Below are positions 43,653 through 51,907 of a stretch of 64,000 bases of DNA, piece after piece. The notes below the pieces were generated by a model that had not been told where the DNA came from, searched no databases, and was given only the letters and a program-made list of their open reading frames with translations. The first letter of the stretch is position 1, and the number at the start of each line of letters is the position of its first letter. Source of the stretch: Candidatus Avispirillum sp. (lineage in GTDB: Bacteria; Bacillota; Clostridia; Oscillospirales; CAG-272); contig JAZLKW010000062.1 in assembly GCA_045597805.1 (NCBI GenBank), positions 30,083 through 94,082 of the forward strand, written 5' to 3'. The position numbers were made by a program, and so were the translations under genes.

Positions 43653-44636
43653 ATGAACTTAAAAGGTAAAAGTTTCCTGAAGCTTCTGGACTTTACTCCC
43701 GAAGAAATAATGGGATTTCTCGATCTGGCTGCCGATCTCAAGGCAAAGAAAAAAGCGGGGATTCCCCACAGGATGTGCGAAGGCAAAAATGTAGCCCTCA
43801 TATTCGAAAAGACCAGTACACGTACACGCTGTTCCTTTGAGGTGGCGGCAATCGACCTGGGTATGCATCCCACATATCTGGAGCCCTCCGGCTCGCAGAT
43901 AGGCAAAAAGGAAAGCATCGCCGACACGGCGAGAGTACTTGGCAGGATGTTCGACGGCATCGAATACCGCGGATACGGGCAGGAGATCGTGGAGGAGCTT
44001 GCAAAATACGCAGGAGTTCCCGTCTGGAACGGACTCACCAATGAATTTCACCCCACACAGATCTTAGCTGATTTTCTCACCATACGCGAGCATTTCGGTT
44101 CCCTTGCCGGAAAGAAGCTCGTATATATGGGCGACGCCCGCTACAATATGGGCAATTCCCTTATGGTGGGCTGTGCCAAGATGGGTATGCATTTCGTCGC
44201 CTGCGCGCCGGAAAAATATTTTCCCGACAAAGCCCTTATCGCCGAATGTGAAAAAATCGCCGATGATACCGGGGCAACTCTCGAATTCATTAAGGGCCCC
44301 ATGGCTGCCACAAAGGGGGCTGATGTGATTTACACAGACGTTTGGGTATCTATGGGAGAGCCCGACAGTGTATGGGAAGAACGTATAAAAGAGCTGTCTC
44401 CCTATCAGGTAAACTCTGCACTGATGGAAAACGCAGGGCCCCAGTGCCGTTTCATGCACTGTCTGCCCGCCTTCCACGACCTCAACACCAAGGTCGGTAA
44501 AGAAATATACGACAAGTTCGGGATCACCTGCATGGAGGTAACTCACGAGGTATTCGAGAGCGAGCAGTCGATCGTATTCGATGAGGCGGAAAACCGTATG
44601 CACACCATAAAGGCAGTCATGGCGGCAACGCTATAA
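43653..44636 (+). CDS. argF: ornithine carbamoyltransferase
   Basis: [27 protein letters not shown]. Confidence 0.96.
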   Translation: MNLKGKSFLKLLDFTPEEIMGFLDLAADLKAKKKAGIPHRMCEGKNVALIFEKTSTRTRCSFEVAAIDLGMHPTYLEPSGSQIGKKESIADTARVLGRMFDGIEYRGYGQEIVEELAKYAGVPVWNGLTNEFHPTQILADFLTIREHFGSLAGKKLVYMGDARYNMGNSLMVGCAKMGMHFVACAPEKYFPDKALIAECEKIADDTGATLEFIKGPMAATKGADVIYTDVWVSMGEPDSVWEERIKELSPYQVNSALMENAGPQCRFMHCLPAFHDLNTKVGKEIYDKFGITCMEVTHEVFESEQSIVFDEAENRMHTIKAVMAATL

Positions 44637-44672
44637 TAACAGAAAACAGCGGAGATAAATCTCCGCTGTTTT

Positions 44673-45002
44673 TTATTGTGCACATTTTTTGCAGGGACGG
44701 TACCCCTGCTCTTTTGCTTTGTCAAGTTCGGTGGGCGTGGAATTCTTGCCTCCGCAATCCGGGTCGAAATGGTAACACTTACCGGTTGGAGTAATATACA
44801 CCGTATTCCCGTCGGGAACGCTGCGGGAAACGTATGAAGTATCATATTCTGCTTTGTCCGCGGATTCTTCCATCTGTTCCGCCTTTTCCCGAAGTTCTCG
44901 GAGAAAGGACGCATCATCCTGCACCTGCTCCGCAGTGCCGCAGGATATGAGCGAGAACACAAGCAGGAACGCCGGCAGCGCTGCAAGCAGTTTCCTTTTC
45001 AT
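44673..45002 (-). CDS. small lipoprotein with C-terminal metal-binding motif
   Basis: Lipobox LISCG; VYITPTGKCYH...C...GYRPCKKC; TGATG overlap with the upstream gene. Confidence 0.75.
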   Translation of the reverse strand: MKRKLLAALPAFLLVFSLISCGTAEQVQDDASFLRELREKAEQMEESADKAEYDTSYVSRSVPDGNTVYITPTGKCYHFDPDCGGKNSTPTELDKAKEQGYRPCKKCAQ

Positions 45003-45256
45003 CAGCCTTTCCACCTTTTGAGGGTCGGAAACAGCCTCAGGCAAAATTCTTTCATCTCTTCATTGGTCATACCTGCCTGCGCTCCGAACTTTGAGCACAT
45101 TTCGACATACTCCTCCATCGTGACCTTGTCGATAAATTCACCGTTCTGATAGCAATACCTGCAATAATCTGTGTTAGTTGTTCCGTCGCGGTCGCAACCC
45201 AGAACGTCATCCGATTCCATAGGCATACCGCAGCTCTGACATATCCTTTTTTCCAT
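45002..45256 (-). CDS. putative zinc ribbon protein
   Basis: CQSCGMP, YCRYCYQNGEF, FPTLKRW. Confidence 0.85.
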   Translation of the reverse strand: MEKRICQSCGMPMESDDVLGCDRDGTTNTDYCRYCYQNGEFIDKVTMEEYVEMCSKFGAQAGMTNEEMKEFCLRLFPTLKRWKG

Positions 45257-45457
45257 AGATACTCCCCTTTCCCTCATTGTCTCAATTATAACCGCGGCGG
45301 GGCGATTTGTCAACAAAGACGTGCAGCAAAACAAAATGGAAAGGGGGCAGGGATTTCTCCCTGCCGCCACATTGTTTTGAAATAAGCAAATCGTTTTTTG
45401 TGATTATTGCGTTAAAGTTATGCGTTTGTTCTGAATCTGCATAAGTTCAACGGACTT

Positions 45458-46534
45458 TTATTCAATTTTGAATTTTTCCGCATATACTGTACGCCAAAAT
45501 CCTGGCGATACTTCTTTTTCAGCATCATCATAGACCACAAGAAGTTCATTCGGCGCTGTCTCGAAAATTGAGCAATAGCCCGACGGACCACGTTCCCACT
45601 GCCCTTTATTCTCCTTAAAGACATAAGGCTCAGACCATGTTTTTCCTTTATCCTCGGAGAAGAGCAGGAAAGAGTCCCATTTTCCCGAGGCACAGACCAA
45701 AGTGCCGTCGGACAGCTTCAGAAGTCTGGGATATACACCGTAATCACAAATTTTCTGCGGTGCATCCCACGTTTTACCGTAGTCGTATGAGCGGCAGATA
45801 TACATGGGTGTATATACCTCGTGACCCTGTGTGCGCATTACGCAAATGACCTCACCGCCGCCGAGATCGAGAATATCCGGCTCGCAGAAGCCCTCGCCTT
45901 CACCTGCCAGTCCCGGATAGGTCATGCAGTCGGCGACCGTTGAAAGATAACTGAAAGTATGTCCGTTATCGTGAGAGACGATCATCCACGTACGGTACTG
46001 GTACATATCGTAGTAATCCTTGAAATAGTCAAGCTTTGACTTATCTGCCTTGAACTGCCCGTACATTGCTCCTAATATGTCGCCGTTATCCAGCTGGTTG
46101 AAAAGGCTTACATAGCCAAGCTGATACTCCTTCGGGTCCAGTCCGTCACCATATCCGTAATTCAGGTCAGGAATGTCGATGCAGAAAAAGTCTGTCTGAA
46201 TATCCTCATTGAGAATGGCGTCAAAGCTCTCTGCGTATTTCATTTGAAGCACGTGCGGAAATTTCTTTTGCTTCTTAATGTTCACATGATATTTTATCGG
46301 CGTGTCAACACCCATACCGAAATACGTACCGTCCTGCAGTCTTATCATACGCGGGGTATCGAAACGCCCGTCTATTCGCTTCCAGCTTTCGCCGCCGTCT
46401 TCGGAATATATCGCGTATTTTGAACCGACTTCCTGAACTCCTACAAGAAGCCTTCCGTCGCCCCCGTCGGTATTGTCCACCGCGAACATACCGGCATCAA
46501 GGTGAACTGATGAGATTTTCTTAATTTGCTTCAT
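45458..46534 (-). CDS. BNR/Asp-box sialidase-like protein
   Basis: Four Asp boxes: SEDGGESW, SHDNGHTF, SYDYGKTW, SEDKGKTW. Confidence 0.8.
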   Translation of the reverse strand: MKQIKKISSVHLDAGMFAVDNTDGGDGRLLVGVQEVGSKYAIYSEDGGESWKRIDGRFDTPRMIRLQDGTYFGMGVDTPIKYHVNIKKQKKFPHVLQMKYAESFDAILNEDIQTDFFCIDIPDLNYGYGDGLDPKEYQLGYVSLFNQLDNGDILGAMYGQFKADKSKLDYFKDYYDMYQYRTWMIVSHDNGHTFSYLSTVADCMTYPGLAGEGEGFCEPDILDLGGGEVICVMRTQGHEVYTPMYICRSYDYGKTWDAPQKICDYGVYPRLLKLSDGTLVCASGKWDSFLLFSEDKGKTWSEPYVFKENKGQWERGPSGYCSIFETAPNELLVVYDDAEKEVSPGFWRTVYAEKFKIE

Positions 46535-46883
46535 TGCTTTCCCTTTCAAGCGCTGCTTTATTTCAACCATGCAATAACACATGCATACAGTTATTTCAAT
46601 ATTATTATGAAATTTTCAGGTATCCCCTTTTTCTGCCTCAATTATAATCGTGAAAGAGCGGTTTGTCAACAAAAACGTTCGGTATAAGAAAATCTAAAGG
46701 AGGCAGGGATTTTGATATAATCCCTGCCGCCTTTCCATTTTGAAAATATGTGTTTATTTACATATCGTTCACATTGTGGTATAATTAATTTAGTTAGGTG
46801 GTACTATGCTGATTTTTTCAGAAATGCAGCGAGAGAAAAGTGACAATAATGGTACACGTCACAAAATATACTATACACAACAT

Positions 46884-46998
46884 AAAAAGCACTCCGAAGA
46901 GTGCATTTAGAGGTGGAACAATTCAGAGGATACCACCATACCCCACGGCAATTACGCCTTATCTTAGAACTTGTTGATGGATATTGATAAACTTATAC
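46884..46998 (-). ncRNA. type II CRISPR tracrRNA (orphan)
   Basis: Minus strand: 24-nt perfect anti-repeat, bulge, CTAAGAT lower stem pairing GTTTTAG, AAGGC-GTAATT-GCC nexus, GGTGG/CCACC stem, GCACTC-TTCG-GAGTGC-TTTTT terminator. Confidence 0.85.
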
Positions 46999-47008
46999 GA
47001 AAATCAAT

Positions 47009-47108
47009 ATTTTATCTCTGATGGATATTGATAAACTTATACTATGGCATAAGGGACAAATCATTTCTTGAAGTTTTAGTTCTCTGATGGATATTGATAA
47101 ACTTATAC
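47009..47108 (+). CRISPR. type II-like mini-array: degenerate repeat, one 30-nt spacer, full 36-nt repeat
   Basis: Repeat GTTTTAGTTCTCTGATGGATATTGATAAACTTATAC (47073-47108); spacer TATGGCATAAGGGACAAATCATTTCTTGAA (47043-47072); 28-nt identical copy at 47015-47042. Confidence 0.85.
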
Positions 47109-47152
47109 GAAGTAACTTACAATAGCAAACAGTATCTGAAAATCCGAACAAC

Positions 47153-47193
47153 AAAACTGCGCTGCCGACCATACGGTCGGCAGCGCAGTTTTT
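47153..47193. terminator. strong bidirectional terminator downstream of the mini-array
   Basis: AAAACTGCGCTGCCGACC-ATAC-GGTCGGCAGCGCAGTTTT, 18-bp perfect stem. Confidence 0.85.
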
Positions 47194-47263
47194 CTACGAT
47201 ACTTTTATTATCCGAATCTCAAAGAAGAGACGGATAACGCCAACAATTTCTTATTTCTTCTGC

Positions 47264-47276
47264 TTATTCCCACTCG
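47264..47276. repeat. att core, distal copy
   Basis: TTATTCCCACTCG, identical to the guaA 3' end. Confidence 0.88.
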
Positions 47277-47420
47277 CTCCCGAAAACTGTGACTTAAACA
47301 ATTTTGTATGGGTATTTTTACTCATATTATCGGGAGTGTTCAGATTATCCATAAAATATGGACTGTCAAGATTTCTGTTGTCACTGTGTTGTCAGAGACT
47401 ATTACTATTATATCAAATAA

Positions 47421-48434
47421 TTATCTGTTTTCAATAGTTTGAGAAAAGATTTCCGCTTCAATCTGATTTGTTAACTCAGTAAGGTAAAAGTACAACTTGT
47501 CTTTTGCATCCGAGTAATTCATATTAAATGCTTTGTTTGTCAAACCTTTTAATACGTCATCATAAATCAAATCGCTTTCAGAAAGATACTGCCCTAAACC
47601 ATAATGTGCAAGACAATTCCTAAAGTTCCTATCCTTCATGGAATCATTGATGTAAAAGGTTGTTCCGTTTGCGGCATTTAACTCTTTGATAAAATCGCAA
47701 AGATAGTAATACTGCAGATATGCAAACTTGAACTTTTGCGGAATCTCCTCAACAAAGTATTGCTCTATAAACTCGATAGCATAATTGATACTGCACAGAA
47801 TTGAAAAAAGCAAAAAACCAAGATCTGTTTTAACTTTTAAAGGGCAATTCTTGTAAAAATGATAATCCTCGTATTTTACCAAAATATTATCATCATAATT
47901 ATATGGTGGGAAGTTTTGGCAATCGAAAAAGCCTGCAAGTTTTCCTGACACCACGCTAATATCTCTAATCCACGGACCGATTTCTTTGTTATTCAATGTA
48001 TCTACAGGAGTATACAGTGCGCACAAAATCGTGTTCCCACAAAAATGACCATTACACAGATCAGTACCCACATTGTAGTATCCCAATAGTTTTTCACGCA
48101 GCCGACGGATCTTATAAAAATAGTCATCGCTTGCCCCCAACTTCGTCATCAAAGCTGACAAGTAATCCGAATATGACATCTCATACAGTTTATGACTTTG
48201 ACGCAAGGTAGTGTAGTATGTTTTCTCTGTATCAGTAAACTGGGGCGCACCTAATCCAAGCTTTTGGCACCATTGTTCTGCTCCATCTGTAAACAGTCCG
48301 ATATACGGTTGACTCATCATAATATAGTTGCTGCTGATATTCTTCGCATTTCTTTGAATAACGGTCAGTGTGTAAAGAAACCGAGCATCAGCTTGTATTA
48401 ATTCATAAGCAGCTTTCTGAATAGCATTTAACAT
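47421..48434 (-). CDS. hypothetical protein with C-terminal HEPN-like motif
   Basis: 337 aa, AT-rich, helical; FRNCLAHY fits RxxxxH. Confidence 0.6.
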   Translation of the reverse strand: MLNAIQKAAYELIQADARFLYTLTVIQRNAKNISSNYIMMSQPYIGLFTDGAEQWCQKLGLGAPQFTDTEKTYYTTLRQSHKLYEMSYSDYLSALMTKLGASDDYFYKIRRLREKLLGYYNVGTDLCNGHFCGNTILCALYTPVDTLNNKEIGPWIRDISVVSGKLAGFFDCQNFPPYNYDDNILVKYEDYHFYKNCPLKVKTDLGFLLFSILCSINYAIEFIEQYFVEEIPQKFKFAYLQYYYLCDFIKELNAANGTTFYINDSMKDRNFRNCLAHYGLGQYLSESDLIYDDVLKGLTNKAFNMNYSDAKDKLYFYLTELTNQIEAEIFSQTIENR

Positions 48435-48600
48435 GTATAAACACCTCTTTTACGTTGCAATCACTTACGCACAATTTAGTTTAAAACCATTATACCATAA
48501 AACGAGAGATTTTTCTATATTTCAACTAAAAGGCGCCGCATTCCTGCGACGCCTTCATGATTTTGCGTTGTGAGATAAGTGTAGTTGATCCTTACTGTAT

Positions 48601-50430
48601 TTATTGCAAAGAAATCTTTGCAACTCTACTGAGTTTATCCAATACATAAACTTCATCAGCAGTTGAGGCTTTATCAAGTTTGAATTTGTTTATAACGGAA
48701 TTTCTTTTAACTCCTATATCTTTTAAGAATTGCAAAATTATGCTCACTATTGAAGCTCCTGCCCCTACAACCGGTATAAGTCCTGCGCCTCCTAGTGTGT
48801 AGTTAACAAAACTCTCTCCACTGATTTTTTCCTTGCCTATTTCGGCAATTAAATTATTATATTCCGATATTTTATTTCTCTGCTGCTCATCATCAAGTTC
48901 AGATAGGGTTTGCAATATTTTCTTTAATGTTATCGCTGTATTGTATTTGTCAGCATAATCCAACACATTTTTCAAAGAAATTAGATTATCTGATTTTAAC
49001 AAGTATATGCTCTTTCTCTCTTTTTCGAGCATTTGGCTATATGCATTAATACTTTGTTGCTGCTCATCGTGAGAATACTGATAAGCATTTATAACACTTC
49101 CAAGAATATTAGAAGCAGCAACATCAGAGTATATACCTTTTTCTCCACTGTTAGCAAAAGGAAAATATGTGGCTTGCAATGCAGTAGCTAAATGTATAGC
49201 ATTGGAATTTACTGTTAATTCAAATCCTATATCCTTACCTTCTTTGAAATCCTGTTGCAAATACTCAAATAAATTATTTGCACCTATGGCAGGTAGTTTT
49301 ATGGGACTATAACTTGTTAATAGTTCGTAGCTCTCTCGTTTTGCTTTGATAGGCCAAATCAACCAATCATAAAGGATCTTCAACTTTGGATCAGAACTCT
49401 TAATGCATTGCTCACAGATTGCTTCTAAAACATTTTCATTACCTTCCCAAAAGGATAAATATTTCTTCTCTAATTCACAATAAAACATTGCCATTAGAGC
49501 GTTTATTCCTCTTTTAGAAACAACAGCGTTATTTTTAATTTGATACAGCCTATCTATTACTTTTTTATCGTATCTGCTCTCAGTGTTTGGTAATAAAAGA
49601 ACTAATTTGTTTCTTGCAACCATTTCCTCAAGATCTTTTATTTCAAGATGTTGCTGTCGCAAAAACTCATCTATATGGCCGCCCAAAGGAAAAGAAATGT
49701 AAATAGTATCATATAACAAAGCATTGCTTCGAATACTGATATTTTCATTATTCCAAACGCTAAAATCCATATAACACTTGGTTTTACTGCTATCGAAATA
49801 TCTTAAAGTGTCTTTGCAAACTTCTCCGGAATAAATCTTTTCTACATTATCAAACCAAAATTCAGAGTCAGCTCTTGAAAAAGCAAAGTTTTTGTCCGTA
49901 CACGCCAATTCTGCAGTCTTATTACACAAAAAAACTTTGGTTGTAGAGTCTTTTTCGACGGTTACTGTTACAAATGCATTTTTTAATTCTTGCACAAACG
50001 TCCTTATTGCTGTTATATCTGTATCTTTGGTATCTTCAGATACAGTTATTATAATATTTGGACCATTATGATGTTCAACTCGAATGCCAACAAAATCAAC
50101 ATGGGGAAACCTACTAACCATCAAACTTTGAAACATTTCATTGGTTAAAAAAATTCCTTCGTTGTTATGTGCTATATTGGTTAGAGGTTCTACTTCTTCA
50201 ATAACGGTATTGGGCTCTTTTGATGTAAGTTCTACCCAATCACCTACGCTACGAATGTTATAATTAAAATCTTCTTTTATTGCATCAAACATATCCAAAA
50301 AACTTAATAATTGAATAACATAGTGGTTTTTCTCAATAAGAAAGATTTTTGTTTTTATTCCATAATACTTTGTTCTTAATCGTAAATCTGCTCGTTTAAC
50401 GCCTCCACAATCGTACAAAACATCCACCAT
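48601..50430 (-). CDS. hypothetical protein (609 aa)
   Basis: Long AT-rich ORF with RBS-like GTGGTGA; no motif recognised; hydrophobic Gly-rich segment near the C-terminus. Confidence 0.75.
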   Translation of the reverse strand: MVDVLYDCGGVKRADLRLRTKYYGIKTKIFLIEKNHYVIQLLSFLDMFDAIKEDFNYNIRSVGDWVELTSKEPNTVIEEVEPLTNIAHNNEGIFLTNEMFQSLMVSRFPHVDFVGIRVEHHNGPNIIITVSEDTKDTDITAIRTFVQELKNAFVTVTVEKDSTTKVFLCNKTAELACTDKNFAFSRADSEFWFDNVEKIYSGEVCKDTLRYFDSSKTKCYMDFSVWNNENISIRSNALLYDTIYISFPLGGHIDEFLRQQHLEIKDLEEMVARNKLVLLLPNTESRYDKKVIDRLYQIKNNAVVSKRGINALMAMFYCELEKKYLSFWEGNENVLEAICEQCIKSSDPKLKILYDWLIWPIKAKRESYELLTSYSPIKLPAIGANNLFEYLQQDFKEGKDIGFELTVNSNAIHLATALQATYFPFANSGEKGIYSDVAASNILGSVINAYQYSHDEQQQSINAYSQMLEKERKSIYLLKSDNLISLKNVLDYADKYNTAITLKKILQTLSELDDEQQRNKISEYNNLIAEIGKEKISGESFVNYTLGGAGLIPVVGAGASIVSIILQFLKDIGVKRNSVINKFKLDKASTADEVYVLDKLSRVAKISLQ

Positions 50431-50633
50431 AATTCAATCACCACTTTCATCTTTGGATTTGTTTGATTAAGCTTTTGAGTTTCGGAGTATTGTATTTGAA
50501 AACATTCCAAATACTAAAAGAAGTTTTTTATAGACTTTATTATAAGCGGCCTTTTAAATAGGGTTCAACACAATTATACCTCTTCTCAAACCAAGAAGGT
50601 TTATTCTTCCTCGGTTTCCTCTACCTTCTTTTC

Positions 50634-51497
50634 TTACTCTTTACGCTTCTCAATGACTTTATTTATAAACTCATCTTCCCTTAGGTTAACACCCTCATCC
50701 AGAAATCTTTCGCCATCTTCATTATAGAAGTCTTCGGAAATACCCGCCGCAACAAACAATTGCTTGAATTTCTTCTTTCTTTTTTCTGGGGTGGTGTTCC
50801 TAAAACTAAAAACGCTCGTTTCCTTTTCGGATTTAAGCAGTTTAAATAGACTGGTTTCAAGAAATCGATACTGGTCTATATCACGTAAAAGAATACCGTC
50901 AAGTTCCTCTACAAAATGAATTGTCATACTGATTAATGTTGCCGCTTCCTTAAAGGTAGGACATTCTCCATTGTTGAATCGTTCCAACATTTGATTAACA
51001 TCTAAATGGTATGTATTTGTAACCACATCGTCTTCTGGAATGTTTCTAAAATAATCAATAGATTCAGTCATCAACTTATTTTCTGCATCAAAATGAACAG
51101 AATTGTTACGCCAGCAAATAAGCAGATCTACATAGGCAAACTTGCTCACAGCTAATTCTGAATGATTATGAATTACACAATCAAACTTGTTGTATACACT
51201 ATGTTTTGTCTTTGCAATTTTAAGGCTTTCCTCCTCGTCATAAAGCCTCGGTTCACGATTGCAAAGTCTTAAATACATATCAAGATTATCAACAGTCCAC
51301 GCCAACGCCGATTTTATAGCATATTTCTTGCTTCTTACAACGGAGTTTGTTCTGTTCTGTGGATTCCACGTTGTTTTAAATGACTCTCGTTTTTCGGCGC
51401 CATCTTCAACGGCATCTAGACCGATCATTATTGTAATAAGAAAATGGTTGGCTTGCCCCATTTCTGTTTTAAATTTTCTAAATGCTCGACTGTTCAT
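50634..51497 (-). CDS. putative HEPN-domain ribonuclease
   Basis: 287 aa, helical; LICWRNNSVH fits RxxxxH; RBS TAGGAAG; family assignment rests on the motif only. Confidence 0.6.
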   Translation of the reverse strand: MNSRAFRKFKTEMGQANHFLITIMIGLDAVEDGAEKRESFKTTWNPQNRTNSVVRSKKYAIKSALAWTVDNLDMYLRLCNREPRLYDEEESLKIAKTKHSVYNKFDCVIHNHSELAVSKFAYVDLLICWRNNSVHFDAENKLMTESIDYFRNIPEDDVVTNTYHLDVNQMLERFNNGECPTFKEAATLISMTIHFVEELDGILLRDIDQYRFLETSLFKLLKSEKETSVFSFRNTTPEKRKKKFKQLFVAAGISEDFYNEDGERFLDEGVNLREDEFINKVIEKRKE

Positions 51498-51519
51498 ACT
51501 TTCTTCCTAACAAATAATT

Positions 51520-51612
51520 TGGGGCCCAAGACAGGAATCGAACCCGTTCTTCCTACTTTAAGAGTGATAATATCACCATAAAGGTAGGCGTTTTACCAAT
51601 CACCACTTGGGC
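51520..51612 (-). ncRNA. tRNA-like RNA with extended anticodon arm
   Basis: Acceptor GCCCAAG/CTTGGGC + C + CCA; T-arm ACGGG-TTCGATT-CCTGT; anticodon stem CCTAC/GTAGG enclosing 27 nt; weak D-arm with TGG. Confidence 0.75.
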
Positions 51613-51640
51613 ATATTTTAGAAACGTTGTTAACACATAT

Positions 51641-51669
51641 ATTATACCGTATTTGATCTTCAAATTCAA
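51641..51669 (-). promoter_or_regulatory. sigma-A promoter of the tRNA-like RNA/HEPN unit
   Basis: Minus strand TTGAAT-17 bp-TATAAT. Confidence 0.7.
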
Positions 51670-51743
51670 CAAAACCCCACAAAATGAAACACAATTTCTT
51701 AAAACCTCTTTATTTTTCTGAATGTTTATGGTAAAATATTGGG

Positions 51744-51888
51744 GCGACACAGTTTAATATGGCTCAAAGCAGGCATACTTTTGGTAAAAACGTATGCCTT
51801 GATGTCATATCCTGCTTTGGAGTGAACTGTGTCGCAACAGAAGTCAAGCTGCGTTTTTCGGTGCGTAGCTCCGGCTACGCACTTTTTT
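51744..51888 (+). ncRNA. candidate structured leader RNA or sRNA ending in an intrinsic terminator
   Basis: GCGACACAGTT/AACTGTGTCGC outer stem, CAAAGCAGG/CCTGCTTTG and AGGCATAC/GTATGCCT inner stems, GTGCGTAGC-TCCG-GCTACGCAC-TTTTTT; TGGTAAAAT extended -10 just upstream. Confidence 0.55.
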
Positions 51889-51907
51889 ATTATGAGGAGA
51901 GACGAAA

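Noticed and set aside
46961..46998. Third CRISPR repeat
   Set aside because: Its 5' part differs in the way expected of a tracrRNA bulge and lower stem, it continues into a nexus and terminator on the minus strand, and it is only 10 bp from the next copy, so it is the anti-repeat.
51551..51588. Archaeal-type bulge-helix-bulge intron in the tRNA-like RNA
   Set aside because: A 4-bp helix is present, but the unpaired bases are the wrong size and on the wrong sides, and bacteria are not known to have the splicing endonuclease.
51520..51612. Ordinary functional tRNA or tRNA-derived att site
   Set aside because: The 27-nt anticodon loop and weak D-stem exclude a standard tRNA; both halves are present and no second copy of its 3' end was seen in the window.
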